Positions 38,912 through 52,103 of a stretch of 64,000 bases of DNA are shown here, piece after piece. How positions within the stretch are numbered: position 1 is the first letter of the stretch; each line of letters begins with the position of its first letter. The notes under the pieces are model-generated. The model saw nothing but the letters and a program-made list of their open reading frames with translations. It ran no database searches and was not told where the DNA came from. Position numbers and translations under genes: made by a program. The DNA lies in contig NC_134026.1 in assembly GCF_964204645.1 (NCBI RefSeq), forward strand, positions 15,286,150 through 15,350,149. The letters are read 5' to 3'. Source of the stretch: Tubulanus polymorphus (lineage: Eukaryota; Animalia; Nemertea).

Positions 38912-39090
38912 ACTTGAAGAACAGGAACAACAGAGTATTGTCAGTGAGACCCGCAGAAAAATTGGAGAGCTTGAAAGCACACGAAGTAATGAATTGAGAC
39001 GTTTTGGTAAATGGTGTCCAGATTTATTGCAGAAAATAGATGATGCACACCAAAGAGGAAGATTCCGTCTAAAACCAAAAGGCCCTTTAG
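38912..39090 (+). CDS. SMC6: SMC6 exon entering the hinge: ...ELRRFGKWCPDLLQKIDDAHQRGRFRLKPKGPLG
   Basis: ttgcag|A acceptor and G|gtatga donor; 179 nt, phase 2/1. The RFG..P.LL..I..A...G.F..KP.GPLG pattern is characteristic of the SMC6 hinge. Confidence 0.95.
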
Positions 39091-40449
39091 GTATGAATCT
39101 AACAGTAATCTTTCAATACACCGTACAGTTTTAGGCCAGCCGTTTTATTTTATGTTTTAAGATTGTATTTCAAGATCGATTCCTGTGACATTTTTAGTTA
39201 ATTTGGTTTTTGGGAGGACTTTGGTGAAAATTCTTCCTTGACAATTGCGCAAGGTTTGAAAGAAATAGCTCTCTCAAATAGGATGGAGGACTTTGATATG
39301 CAAATCAGCCGGGTGCTTGAATTGCACAAAGTCAGTCAAATTTATTCTGCAAAAAAAATTACATCAAATCAAATTTGATTTTATTAATCATTCAAATTGG
39401 TAAATCGAATGGAAAAGATTGAACTGAGGTATTCGTCTTTGCCATCTTCCTTTCTGTATTTGTTTTGTTGTTTAAAAAACACAATTGTACTGTCTATATA
39501 TGATATTATCCCTTAACTTGCTGCAGGCGACTGTAGCCGGCACACTGACGTGCTCCCATTTAAAGTTTGTTTTATGTCACAAGCGCCTCAACGCATGGCA
39601 ACTGCTGAGAATCCAAACCCAAAAGTAATTTCTCATTTTGATATTTGAAGAATCTTGACCTCAAAAACGCCCCGTAAATTTGATATTTTGGGATTTTGAT
39701 GAAGATTCAAACATTTAGACTGTAATAAGAAGCATAATATAGGTTTCAACAATGGATATAGTAATCTACTTTGTCTTTATGAATATCGACAATCTACCAT
39801 GAAATTGTGAAATTTCAATGCCCTATATATAATAGTTTGGAAGTTATGAGTTAATGAGTTAATTTCATTTACATCCAAATCATCTGGTAGGTTAAGGGTT
39901 AACAGGGGAGTGTATTTTGAAAAATGTAAGTATAAATGGGGCTCCTCCTGTATAGGTTCGCGTTCTCCCAGTTGAGTCCAGAGTATAGAAGTTATCCAAG
40001 TTTTCAGTCTCAATCCAAGCAACCGTTAGAAAAACTACTCTTGGCAAACTACAAACCCCTGTGGAAGCTATTGCAAAAATAATCTAGACATTCCTAAAAC
40101 AAAACAATTTTTGTACTAAAAGGTAAACTGTACTCAATTGATCCTATTCACCCATTGTCCCTTATTTCTTTTATCGGAGATAAATTCATTCAAATACTGT
40201 TCCCCTTAAAAGATTTGTCTCTAATTGTACATGGCTGGTTTCTAAATGCCCCTGAAAACATTTTTCACGGTTGCCAGCTCTTGATATATTAGATTATCAG
40301 ATTCTGTTTCCTTGGTTTCTTAGTGTGGTGAGTACTGAATCTGAAGTGATCTAAGATGTATGTGGATTTTATATGACTAGATATATTATGTATGAATATT
40401 GAGAAAACCAAACCTCTAACCTCTATGTTTTATTATTTGCTCTTCTTAG

Positions 40450-40628
40450 GTTCATTAATCCATCTCCGTGACAGTAATTGGGCATTAGCAATCGAGTGCA
40501 GCTTAGGAGGACAAATAAAGGCATTTTGTTGTGACAACATGGATGATTCGAAAGTGTTGCAAGGATTGATGTCGCAATTGAACATACCAAAGAATCAAAT
40601 TCCAAGCATCCTTGTTAGTAGATTTTTG
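40450..40628 (+). CDS. SMC6: SMC6 hinge exon SLIHLRDSNWALAIECSLGGQIKAFCCDNMDDSKVLQGLM...ILVSRFL
   Basis: cttag|GT acceptor and TTG|gtaagt donor; 179 nt, phase 1/0. Matches the vertebrate SMC6 IHLRD..ALAIE..L...AYCC segment as I recall it. Confidence 0.95.
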
Positions 40629-42762
40629 GTAAGTTAAGAATTATTCATGGGCATTTGTGCTCATCGTGTTCTGAAGGTCAATGTATATCCAATAGAAAAC
40701 ATTTGGAAAAGAGATGATGATTGCTTCGGGCATCATGGAAATTTGACTATGCGTAAAATTATATGTGCCAGCACATCGGCTGGTTTAAACTGGTTTGGAT
40801 TTTACTCCTGGGTTGTTGATAATTCAAACTACAAATGAATTCAAAATATTATAGAAAACCTTGTGTTGATATTATTTATTTTTCCACTATAAAGTTTCGA
40901 TATACAATTAGCTGTTAAAATCAGTATCAGACAGTGGTTATGTTGAAGTGCTTGAAGCCATCGAGAACTTGAATGATTAACAGCGGGATCCAGAACTTGG
41001 GGCAAAATAACGTCTTGTGTCTGCTAAATCTACTAATCAACTTATCTTTATTTCATCGTATCATTATAATCCGAAAATGAGTCAAAGTCATTCTTATCAC
41101 ATGCACATAATCATCAGGAGGATGATGAAATATTTCTAACAGCATATATAGAAGTTACATTAGTTTACGTTATCTAACGCCCCATTCTAAGCTGATGTTC
41201 TCGTGATCCTAAAACTACAACATTACTTGCATTCAAAAACTAATCTACAAAATACATATAAAACACACATTTCAAATTTAAGTTAAGCCAAATACTTTTT
41301 CTAGGAACCTAATTTTCACTTCAGTTACAGACTTGGTAAATATGTCAGCAATGATCTGATCAGATGGTATATTGTTATATGCAACAAGTGCTGCCAAGTG
41401 TCATGATTTTGGCGTGATTGTTACACTTTGAAATAGGAAAAAACAATGTTCACAATTCTCGATCATACAAACATTCAAATGTTTAGTTTTTTAGAAAATA
41501 TTAGAAGTTTATGCACAGGATACAAATTAAATAACCTTACAAAAAATTCAATCCTTGAATCGGATATTTGACAGAGGCTCACAATATGATGGGAACTGCC
41601 ATATTTATTCGGGAATTTCCCACCAGTTGAAAAATCAATGCTGAAGGTCAGTATGGGCCTACACTGTCGCGCTCAATGCACAAACAGACCAGCTACACAA
41701 ACCAGCTACTTCAATTCTCAAATCAATTCTAAGTGCCCCAATTGTGTAGCTTGTAGAAAATTCTTATTATGGACTTTCGCTCTAGCAAAGTCTGTTTTGC
41801 TATCGCGTATGAAACTTTCTCCCTTTGGTACAAAATAACTTCCGAACAAGGCTAAGTTTCTCTTCGGAACTTTCTAAATCTTCAATGCAGTAATAAAATC
41901 TCTTACCCTATTGAGTTTCATTCGTTGCTTTTTTATTAATTTAGTTATTTGTTGTTGGAACTAGATTTTGTTTCGCAAGAATACATGTGCTTACAGTTTC
42001 GAGGTTAATTCTAGACCTCATCTTGAATTACAGTAATTCAAATTTATGGTATATTATATTTGTTAACTATACTGAGATTTATCAGGGATGAGAATTCCCC
42101 AGGGATCCGCGGTTTGCTGTTGATTTTGGTATTGAAAAATATCATTTTTTCAAAATCTGGCGCGATTGGAAATGGGGTGAACTGTATAAGCGTTCAGCGC
42201 CTGTTTTATTATCGTCGCGTTTCAATGCGTATTCATTGCAACACTGATTTTGTGTCTACTACGATGTGTATGTATTTTATCAATCGGTTGCAGACATGTG
42301 CGCGCGCGGCTACAGTAGTAATGTATATGGGCCTACTCTTAGTGCCGCTCGTGTATGTGGCGAAAGTTTTCAGACATAATACACTGTGATGATTGTGAGT
42401 ATTCATCAGCACATTTTAACTGCAATAATTCAGGGCTCGACCCGTAATGCATGAGATGCTGATAGTTATAGAATGAGGATGTGCCACATTGGAAATAGCC
42501 ATTACCTTCCAGAATATAATAGTCGTTCATGGATTCAAGATCACTCTACGTGCTCGGAAAAAGCTTTAAATTTCTAAAATTTTCTTGGGGATGACTCCGC
42601 TGCCAGGGTTCATCATGAGCTGTGAAAGCAGTGAATTAAAGGTTTAACGCCGTGAAAAGCAGTGAATTTTATAGGACAGTGAATGTGGGAAAGGTGGCAG
42701 TGAATCTTGGAAATTGTTCAATTTATAAAAATAGATTTTCTGTTGAACTTTACATAGTGTAG

Positions 42763-43036
<274 letters not shown>

Positions 43037-46000
43037 AGAGTGTCTACTTGAGTGTTTGGGGAAAACCAATGACAGTGTATATTCCTGATGGATCATCATG
43101 AAGTTATGTGTGAAAACTTCATGTATAGGGCTACATGGAGATCGTGTCAATAGAAAAGGGCATTTCTTAAAAAGTCGCTGCGGTTGGCAGTGAATTTGGC
43201 ATAACATGGGCAGTGGATGGCATCGAATTTGGGTCAGGCGTGGCACAATGGACCTGAACTGCACGCCGCCGTGATAAACAATAATGGCAACTAGTTTTCT
43301 AAATCTTAAATGTAAGGAGTAGCCCTATAATGAAATCTTTATGGAATATTAATGCTTTAACTCTAGAGAGTATTAACTGATGTTTAATTTTGATACAGGA
43401 TTAAACATACGCCATCATGTAAATTTTGGAAAGTCCATATTAAGAAATTCCTTGTTACGATTTACTCCCCAAAGGCACCAAAATACTATGCAAACATAAG
43501 CTTATTAAATCCAAATTAATAAATGTTTGCAGAGCTTTATTCACAATCTTTAATTATTATATATAGATTGATATAAGATCATCAAATTATTTAATGCACG
43601 TAGGCATACAGGCTCAACTAAGCTTTATGGATGATTAGTTCTTTGGATGATACACACGATTGTAGTTCTGCAGTTTGTAGTAAGCATGTCCCTATCAGCA
43701 CAAGGATCAGGTTGGAAGCCCTGCATTAGTGTTACATGGAATGTCATGGATTTGTCCTGGAAATCTGGCTGAATGATAGACTGATCCTGGTATTTTCATT
43801 AAGTACTGTACCCTTTCGTATGGTTTTTTGCCAATATTTTCTAGATCCGGATTGATCGCCAATGGTTTTTTTATATGACCCGGCCCTTCCGTATTGCATT
43901 TAGCCACTGGTGAAATCTGCCATCTTTTTTCTATGCGTTCTTCCATTGAATGCGTTTTGATTTTGTGCAAAAAATTACAAGGAATCTAGGAAGTTGAGGG
44001 AGTTTCACTCTTAAGGGTGAGTTCGTTCCGTTCGAGGGCTATCCCTTGTTTATTTTATGGAAATAAGCTAATGTGATTTAATTTGATTTAATTGAATTTA
44101 TTATCATGGGCTTGCATGCTTGCAAGCCCATATTGCTATCACACGGATTGATAACTTGCTTCGGGAGTCGATAACTTTTGTTAGAAACTTTCTTGGGCTC
44201 TGATATTTACACACATTTAATGCAGTAATAAAATCTAGGTTCCTTTCGTCTATAACAGTTGTTGTTTTCATTGTTTTATGATTTTGTTTAATCGTTTTTG
44301 TTATTTCAGCAGCGCATACCAACCTTGGTTGAGCGTGCGTGATCAGGCTTGAAATTGGTATTCATGCGCGGCATAGTGCTGCCAGAAATTCAATTCATTC
44401 TTTTTTGACACAAAATTTCACAATAAACATTTACTTTCACGTTTTTAAAAAACCCTTTTAATTTTCTTTTACTTTTTAATTGGGTGCTTGCTTTAGCAGC
44501 CATTTGTAAAATCTATGTATGAACATTTATATTTTTCAGTTTAAATATCTAAAACTTAAAAACCGCTTCTCTGTAAAATAAATTCTGAATTGAATTGAAG
44601 ACTGGTTCCCTGTTTCTTCAAAGAGCCAGGGGGCGGTAGTCTATGGTGGAAATAAACTTTATCCGATGATCGTAGTGGATTGTCATTTGAAGGAAATATT
44701 ACTTAATCTTGCTTAATGTCTTTATTATTTTTAAAAGAAACATCGTGGCTCTTATCTATTTTCGTGTTCGCTTCTCTTCACCTGAAGCAGGCCTTGCCGG
44801 GAAAAAACAACAGGGGAGTGCTTATTTACTCCCCTAAAAATGAAAATTTTGTCCAAGGTGAGTGGTTTTTGATGGGTTTCGTCGTCAGACGAACCCATCT
44901 ATGGCATCGTCGTCATGTCTGTCTGTCTGTCCGTCCGTCTGTGGATGTTTCTTTATGACACGATTTAAGCTGTTTGTGTGGACCGACAATTCTGTAATTT
45001 CACACAGGCATTCTCTACTTGATGTAGATGGTGCAGCTTGGTTTATATTCGATTCCGATGGTTATAAGTGCTCTAATTTGGTTAAAAGATGATTAACGTT
45101 ACTCGCTAGTTCAAGCCGCTGTATAGCGCGTTGCTACGACGACGCTCGATCAACATACTGGTACTCGCTGTGTAATACTGAACACGTATATACCTGTAGA
45201 TATTGATCGTACTAGCACCGGTTTTAGATAGCGCGCGCGCTGATCGGTCTTAACACTTCTCGGAACTGCTGTGCTAAATGCTGAGAGGCCGAATCTATGC
45301 GCAATCATTTATTGGGCTCGTCACATTTGATAGTGAATGGATAAATAACCGGTGTCAATGACGGTCGCTACTCCCCATCAGTATAACTCATCAGTATAAA
45401 AAATAATTCTTTTGAGTTTTTTTTTTCAATCCCCGAAGTTGTTGTTACTATGTTGACCTCGCCGTTTTATAAGCTTACCGATGATTCTTCTAGTATTTTC
45501 AGGGTCACAAGACATGACGAAGTCGCTAAGTTTTGTACAAATTTCACGAAACAATTATTTAGGCGGCACCTGATCTATTGATTAATTATGATAAATAATG
45601 TTTATTTCATTAAAAATTGGTTTTATTCAAACACTACTTTCATCGCACATAGCGTGATCGGTAGGCCCTACTATTCTACGGTAGGCCATGGACTCTTTCA
45701 TGTGGTAGACCTATTACAAATGATACATTCCGCGCGTCTGTGAATAAGTGACACGTGGTGGGGCGGGTTGTGAGGAGCATCGAAACTAATCCGTCACAAA
45801 TAATAGATAGAAAACAATACCTTAAGAGGTTAACTTTTATTAACATCATTACCAAATCAAAACCTGCACACCCTATCATAAATAGAAATTCTAAGAATTT
45901 ATTTCAAAGGATAATAAATTACGTCTAAATATTGGGATTCGAACTCGTAGCATCGATTCAGGTGCCTTTCCCAAAGCGGGTATCCCGCGGGGAAAACCCA

Positions 46001-46269
46001 TTACTATTTATATGGAAAATCGCCTTTTTGACAGCGAGTTCGGTGAATGAAACAGAAACAATTACACAGAAACCCATCATGGAAAGTTTCTTTCTGGTTA
46101 TATTTATCGTAATATCCTATGTAAAAAACACATAAGCCATTAAATTAGAATGAAATCCATCTTTTAATAAATGCTCTTACACAAATTTCCATTACTACAC
46201 AATTCTTTTGAGTATCTATCATCATCATGTACTACATTCGAGAAGATTCGAGGAGTAGCTTTACCGGGT

Positions 46270-46444
46270 TTAGAATAAATAGCGAGACGAGTAGTACTAT
46301 ATAGGTTTACTTTCATGATGCAGGAGATTTCGCTTTTAATGTACTGAAGCTTCATCAGGTGAATGAGTCATTCACCTGATGAAGCCTCGTGCATCAAATG
46401 AATAGTTAACCTATATAGTACTACTCGTCTCGTTATTTATTCTA
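46270..46444. ncRNA. Inverted pair of hammerhead-like / Penelope pseudo-LTR fragments
   Basis: Palindrome centred on gcttcatcaggtgaatgagtcattcacctgatgaagc. The minus strand reads cac-CTGATGA-a-gctt...aagc-GAAA-tctc. The arms share acctatatagtactactcgtctcg. Confidence 0.45.
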
Positions 46445-46489
46445 ATATAATACAGGTATCCAAGAAATACAATTCCAAAACAGTATAGT

Positions 46490-46702
46490 CAGGGCTGCCA
46501 ACCTCTGAAAAGTAACAAATTGAAATTTTTTTCAGTAACGTTTCATTGACATATGAAAGAAAATGTTCATTTTATCAGTAATCAACAGTAAGACCCCCAG
46601 TAACACCTTTCATATTTCTGTTCAAATCAAACAAATCAAATCAGTATTTCTTGTTATAAAATAGTATCAAATACTGAAAATCAGTAACAGTTGGCAGCTC
46701 TG
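46490..46702. mobile_element. Small hAT-like MITE, 6-bp TSD with one mismatch
   Basis: cagggctgccaac ... gttggcagctctg; flanks tatagt/tatagg. Confidence 0.75.
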
Positions 46703-46722
46703 TATAGGTGTAGGTACTATAT

Positions 46723-46810
46723 ACAGTGAAACCTCGTTACAGCAAACTATCTACATTTGTTATATCGAATGAATCGTTGTATCCGAGTTTGTTGTAACGA
46801 GGTTCCACGG
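46723..46810. mobile_element. Tiny pogo/Tigger-type MITE
   Basis: ta-cagtgaaacctcgttac ... gtaacgaggttccacgg. Confidence 0.6.
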
Positions 46811-46871
46811 TGTTTGAATCATCACTACACTCAAAATCCTTCAAATTCTGCTTCTGATTCACTAGTCTCGG

Positions 46872-49693
46872 CTAATATTCTTTGGATGGCATAGTGTAAT
46901 CAGAACCAGAATCTGAAAGATCAGATTCATTGGTGCCAGAGGAATCAGAATCAGAATTGTCCTCTGCACTTTCAGACTCTGTGGCAGGGGCAGTGCTTGT
47001 TGATGCTGTTTCTGTGTTTGTTGGATTTGTCTTCCTCTTTCTTTTATACTCGGTTGAAGTAATTGTACTGAAATTTACATTAATATCATTGTCCACTCTC
47101 AGAATTCTTCGCTTTTTAGACATGTATTTTTCAAGGGCAATTTCTATTATATCATCCTTCTCTTCCACAGTCCAGCAAGCATCATTACACTTAATAACCA
47201 TAAGGTTTTCCATAGTATCTGCCTTTATACTAAGGCGCAGGTCTGACAACAACGCAGTAAGCTGGCTGAAACATTTTTCAATGAAACTATTACTCGGTGA
47301 AAATGTCAGCACGATATTTGCAACCATACAGATATTTGGAAAATTATTCCATTTAAACTCCAAAATTTTGGCCCATAATCTTATAGCATTTAATTTGGAG
47401 AAAAAGAAATTCCTTGTTTTCTTCAATTTGGGCCATTCTTTCTCGATTTTGCTTGGGTCAAATCCAGCCCTCTCGAGTGTCACAGAAAATATCCTGGCTA
47501 TGTTTTTGATTGTTTCAATTTCTTGTTGAGTGTCATCCCAGTTGGCTGGATCCAACCAGAGCATATCTTGAAAGAGCTGGCTATCAAATGACTGAAATCT
47601 TGCTTTCAATGCTGTCTCTACTACTGGCAAAACCTTTGTTTGAGGGTACATATCTGAGATTCTATATTATCTAGAGATGACTGGAAGCCAGTTACCTGGA
47701 CATACGAGTAGTCTTGGTTTTGGACAGCTCTGTGAGCATGTCCAGGTTTCAGAACCTTCCAAGTAACTGATAAGTTCTCATCATCATCAGTATTCAGAGT
47801 TGCCACTTCTCCGGATTTCTCCGGAATTCCAGATTTTAAAAAAATCCAATTTCATTTCTGCATTTTAGGGAGAAGTCAAATAACCACAAAAGAAAACATC
47901 GCGAAAAAAATAAAATCAATTCGGTGTTCGACCCTAAACATCAAAACATGACGGCTCCGTAGAGGGGTCGAAAAAGCCGTATTGTGCTGCCACGTAGTAG
48001 CAACAACCCCGCAGTACACGATTAAACCATAGAACATAGTTCTATGATTAAACCAAGATGACGCAACGATCGAAATCGACTGACGCTTCGTTTGTTTTTT
48101 GGCTCCGGTTTATATATGAAGTGTATTTGACGGAACCAATCGCTATTTGAAAAAAAGATCTATAGGCGGTAATGAAAGTGAGGCCTATAACGCGTATTGC
48201 GCCAGAACGCATCTCCTGGCGTTGTTATTTCAAAAAATTTTTTGGGGGAGGGCCCCCAGACCCCCAACTTATTTTCCGGATTTTTAGCTTCGCATAAGTG
48301 GCAACTCTGAGTATTAGATTCTATATTACAAGCATCTAAGAAATACATGCAATCTTTATCATTCAGCTCATCATTTCCAGTTACAACAAAGTCAAGATAA
48401 AGTGGAACTTTGAACACTGAGATCTCGCTTTTCTCTAGATTCATTGAAAATTCAGAGAGATTATCTAGCAAGGCTTTGAAAAAGCATGCTGAACCTAGTA
48501 ACTTTAAGTTTTTCAACTTTTTCAGAACTCTGCGCGTTTTGGCTTCTAACTTTTTGAACGAATCATCAGGATGCGCTAACCCATTTTCTATCATAAGTAT
48601 CAGTAAACCCCAATTGTGGATCAAAGCAGATAATCCCCGCCTCTTGTGACTGACGAACCTAGTACCATGGACTTTGGGGATAACATACGAACTAGTTTCC
48701 TGTGCTTTAGCAATACTTGCTAATCTACGCTTTAATTTTCCAGATCTCTTGAATAAATAATACAATGTTAGCATCAAATCATCTAATTCTGAAAAAGTTT
48801 TATCTTTTTTCAGAGAATCCCCTAGGGCCAGCTCTGCACGGTGATTAACGCAATGCTAAGTAACCAGCCAGGCTCTACCTTCTTTTTTTTATTTTGTGAG
48901 CAACCCATTGTAAATACCTGTGTTCACACTTGCTCCATCACTACAGGCACATACCGTGAATTCAGTATAATCATTTTTTTCATTCCAAGTTTTTCAAGAA
49001 AAACATCAACACAGTATTTTAGACTGGCAGCATCGGCACCACCAAATTCTTCACAATCTTGCAAAGCTAAACAATAATAAATTGGCATGCCAGACTTGAC
49101 AACTCTTGCAAGCACAAGCTCCTTCTCAGCACCTGTTTTTCTTGCTTGTGAACCATCTGTAAGGACTAAATGACCCAGCTGATACAATGATACCGCAAAG
49201 TTTTTCTCTGATTATGTCGGCTATACATCTAATATATTCATTACAAGACTTGCCATCCTGGGATCCTGATATAAGAGGTACACCATTTACCTTTTGCACT
49301 TGAACAAATGTGCCAAAGTGACACAGTGAGGCACCACCACATGCCATAAGGTAAGCAGTTTTAAGTAATTTTTCATGGGCATCCATGCCTGCAGCCCGTA
49401 AAGCCGTATCAATCTTTGGTTGAGTCGCAGCTGGCTTTGTGCTGGAAACCGTATTGCTAGTAGCAGTACTAGATGCTGAGGAAGGTTCATTAGAAGGCAC
49501 TTGACCTGTAGTAAGTGTCTGGATATCTAGTCCAACCTTGTGTGCAGTTGAGTCCACATGCCTCTCCACATTGTGTTTGGTGACATAATTTGTGCCAACA
49601 ACATACCGGTCAATTTCTTTTAGAGCTTTGCCTTTGATTTGCTGATCTCTTTTGATGGCGTCTACATATTTGGCACACAGTGAGCAGTACACC
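46872..49693 (-). pseudogene. ZNF862-like hAT transposase, frameshifted
   Basis: N-terminal zinc finger (YCSLC..RHVDSTAH), LTDGS..TG.EKELV, DGASV..G, RAELALGD, KVHGTRFVSH, and C-terminal SPSNSFIEKCFSQL..L...TMENLM dimerisation motif. Several frameshifts. Confidence 0.88.
47795..48309. mobile_element. hAT-like MITE with 6-bp TSD inside the ZNF862-like ORF
   Basis: cagagttgccactt ... aagtggcaactctg, with agtatt on both sides. Confidence 0.88.
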
Positions 49694-51420
49694 TGAAAAT
49701 ACAGTGTATAAGACAAAAATAAACTTAATATTTTTGGCCATAATCTCTACTAGGTAAGGCCTAAACTTTTTTTCTGAAAATAAATCGGCATTGTAAGCCA
49801 CACAAGTCTAGACCAATTAATGTTCTACATTTAATATTAGCAGCATTTATTTTTCTCCTAGTTATAGCCAGGGAATCTTTGACATTATTGAACTGGAAAT
49901 TCAAATTGTTGTCTGCCTGGGTTTTTAGCACATGTGTATTTATTATCGTCGATGAAAATAATCAAAAACATCCAGTAATACTAATAGGTTAGCCAAAAGT
50001 CAAAACATCATCTAAACATGTTATATCAAGCCTCCTTTTTTCCGTAACAAAAAATATTAAGAACTATTAAGAATCAATTTATCTGTCCATATTATGCATC
50101 AATTTGTCCGGTAAATGAATTATGAATTGGCGTAAATTTGTTTGTGTTTTCATGTCGGCGATAATTTATTTATTGCTTTCGTGGCCCGTAACGTGGCGCC
50201 ACCTACATTGTTTTTTATGCTAATGAATAGGTGATGGCATCATAGCAATGTCTCCGAGCGTCGGCCATGTATGCTGAGTAAACTATCGCCGATTAATGAA
50301 AACAATACGTTTACTCGGTGATTTATTGATTTAAAATACTAACCTGTGCGACCCATGGTTTGTTGTTTATCGTCATGACCTTTGGAATGATACATGGAGG
50401 GACTTTATCCCATGAATTAAAGGTAAACAGTTGAACGGAATTGCCTTTCACCTCCGCTATTTGCATCACAATCAAATCACATGAATGAGATCGGTGTAGG
50501 AATACACAAAAGACCAATGGGAACATTTCAGTTCATTTACTACATTTATATATTAACATAATTCATTCTGAAAACGTAAAAATGCACGTGGCAGGTGCAT
50601 GATCATTTAGATCGAGGTGAGCTGAAATAAACACTTCTAAAAATGAATTAAGGTGCGTGATGGCGCGCGGTAGCGATCGAGCGCCTTTCCCGGCAAGGCC
50701 TGCTTAAGTCACTCGAGTTAGTCACGTTTTTTCTTTCAGCTGTAAATTTGTCTATGCAAAATCATTTCCACACAATCCGATAGGTAATCTAGCAATTATC
50801 AACATGATGATAGATTCCGTTAAGACACTGCAATATTCAAATAACAACTATCCAAAAGCTTGCTCTAACTTGGTCCCCGTCTACAATAAAACCATTCCGA
50901 TTCCCAGTCCCTGTGTGTAACATTTCATGTAACGATGTAAGACAACACCGATCTCTTAGCTCTTTTAACAAGTAATCAGTTCAAAGTTCGATTAATTCAA
51001 CTACAGAAATAACCACCAAGCAAGCTTTTAGTACAACCATGTCAGCAAGCCCATTTTTAGAATTTCTTTCTTGTTCTATCTACCTTTCCCATCATCCTTG
51101 TGCTAGACTAGTCTAGCAAAAACCATGAATTAAAAACCAAAAACCAGGAAAGGGTACAGTACTCGATGGAAATATTACAATTATTGGAACTAAAATCTGT
51201 AATTCCGAGTAGTACATACCCTTTCGTATGATGGGAATTCCCCCCACCTGCCCCGCAAAGCTTCATTTTTGGGTCTGCTATGGCGTAAAAAAATGGCGGA
51301 TTATGGCGGTGGCTAATTGCAACACCGCAGGGCCAGGTTGTATAGAAGAACCATTAGTACTACTCGGAAATACAAATTTTTGTTCCAAAAATTGTAATAT
51401 TTATCTTCCTTTCTTTTCAG

Positions 51421-51447
51421 GGTAGAAGGCATGATGTCAGTCAACAT
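51421..51447 (+). CDS. SMC6: SMC6 27-nt microexon GRRHDVSQH
   Basis: cttcctttcttttcag| acceptor and |gtaagt donor; phase 0/0. It continues ILVSRFL at the position of the (Y/H)DV motif that follows this segment in SMC6. Confidence 0.75.
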
Positions 51448-52103
51448 GTAAGTAATAGTATTTCAAATATGCGTCCTTTGGATTTAACATTCTTAGTCAT
51501 CGATTATTTTTAGCTGACTTCAGACCAGTGGGCTATTGCATTCACTTTTCGTCCATTGCTCACCAATCATTTGTATTTCCTTCAGGATACGTTACGTGGG
51601 GCACATTTTTAGAAGTTACCTTATTTTGGGAACTATACCGCTAAACATTTTTTGGAGTACCCGGTACCGTACGGTGGCGCCCCCACGAGCCACGTGACTC
51701 AATTTCTTCCTTAGCGCCGCCATTTTTGTGTGGTTTTGGGAGCTGCCGTTTTCGATATTATTCGTGTTCGTGTTCGTGATGATTCAGTTCTGTTGGCTAG
51801 CAGGACCGTTCTAGCACTTCATTTCTTCGGTGAGTCCGTTCCTATTCATTTTACCGAACAGAATTGCAATAAATTCGATCGTAAATACTCGCGGTCGGGG
51901 CAACTCCGACCACATGCACGTGTTTTTCTTTCCCACGGTCGGTTGATTTGTGCGGTGACTTCTCGCTAATAGCAAGCGAGCAGTCCGAGCCCGCTGACAA
52001 TCCGTTTTCCTAAATAATTAATTAAGAAATTAATTATTAGATTAAATTGTCCAAGTTGTTCTAAAATTTTTGTTCTTTCAGAATTGTAGTACTTAATTTT
52101 AAT

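Larger units (their letters stand above)
44788..50702 (-). mobile_element. hAT transposon with ZNF862-like transposase and 6-bp TSD
   Basis: TIRs caggccttgccgggaaa / tttcccggcaaggcctg and flanks ctgaag/cttaag. The empty site cacctgaagtcactcgag is seen at ~38171. Confidence 0.88.
44101..51073 (+). mobile_element. HINE-like catgggcttgc family, full length, split by a hAT insertion
   Basis: 44101-44787 plus 50703-51073 together match 17508-19042. Confidence 0.85.
43794..51402 (+). mobile_element. Internally deleted DIRS family A element: left ITR ~43794-43930, 3' region/ICR/right ITR ~51073-51402, interrupted by nested inserts
   Basis: 43794-43930 is the reverse complement of the right ITR at 1071-1195. 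51073-51400 aligns with 876-1232. No gag, pol or YR lies between them. Confidence 0.8.

Noticed and set aside
46930-47529. 199-aa hydrophobic + strand ORF
   Set aside because: It is the antisense shadow of the Lys/Glu-rich transposase ORF.
46872-49716. Domesticated host ZNF862-like gene nested antisense in SMC6
   Set aside because: It has frameshifts, a MITE in the ORF, and intact TIRs and TSD, so it is a dead transposon.
44787-50707. TTAA-specific (piggyBac/Kolobok) insertion
   Set aside because: The empty site and CAG...CTG ends fit a 6-bp duplication (ctgaag/cttaag) better, and the encoded protein is hAT-like.
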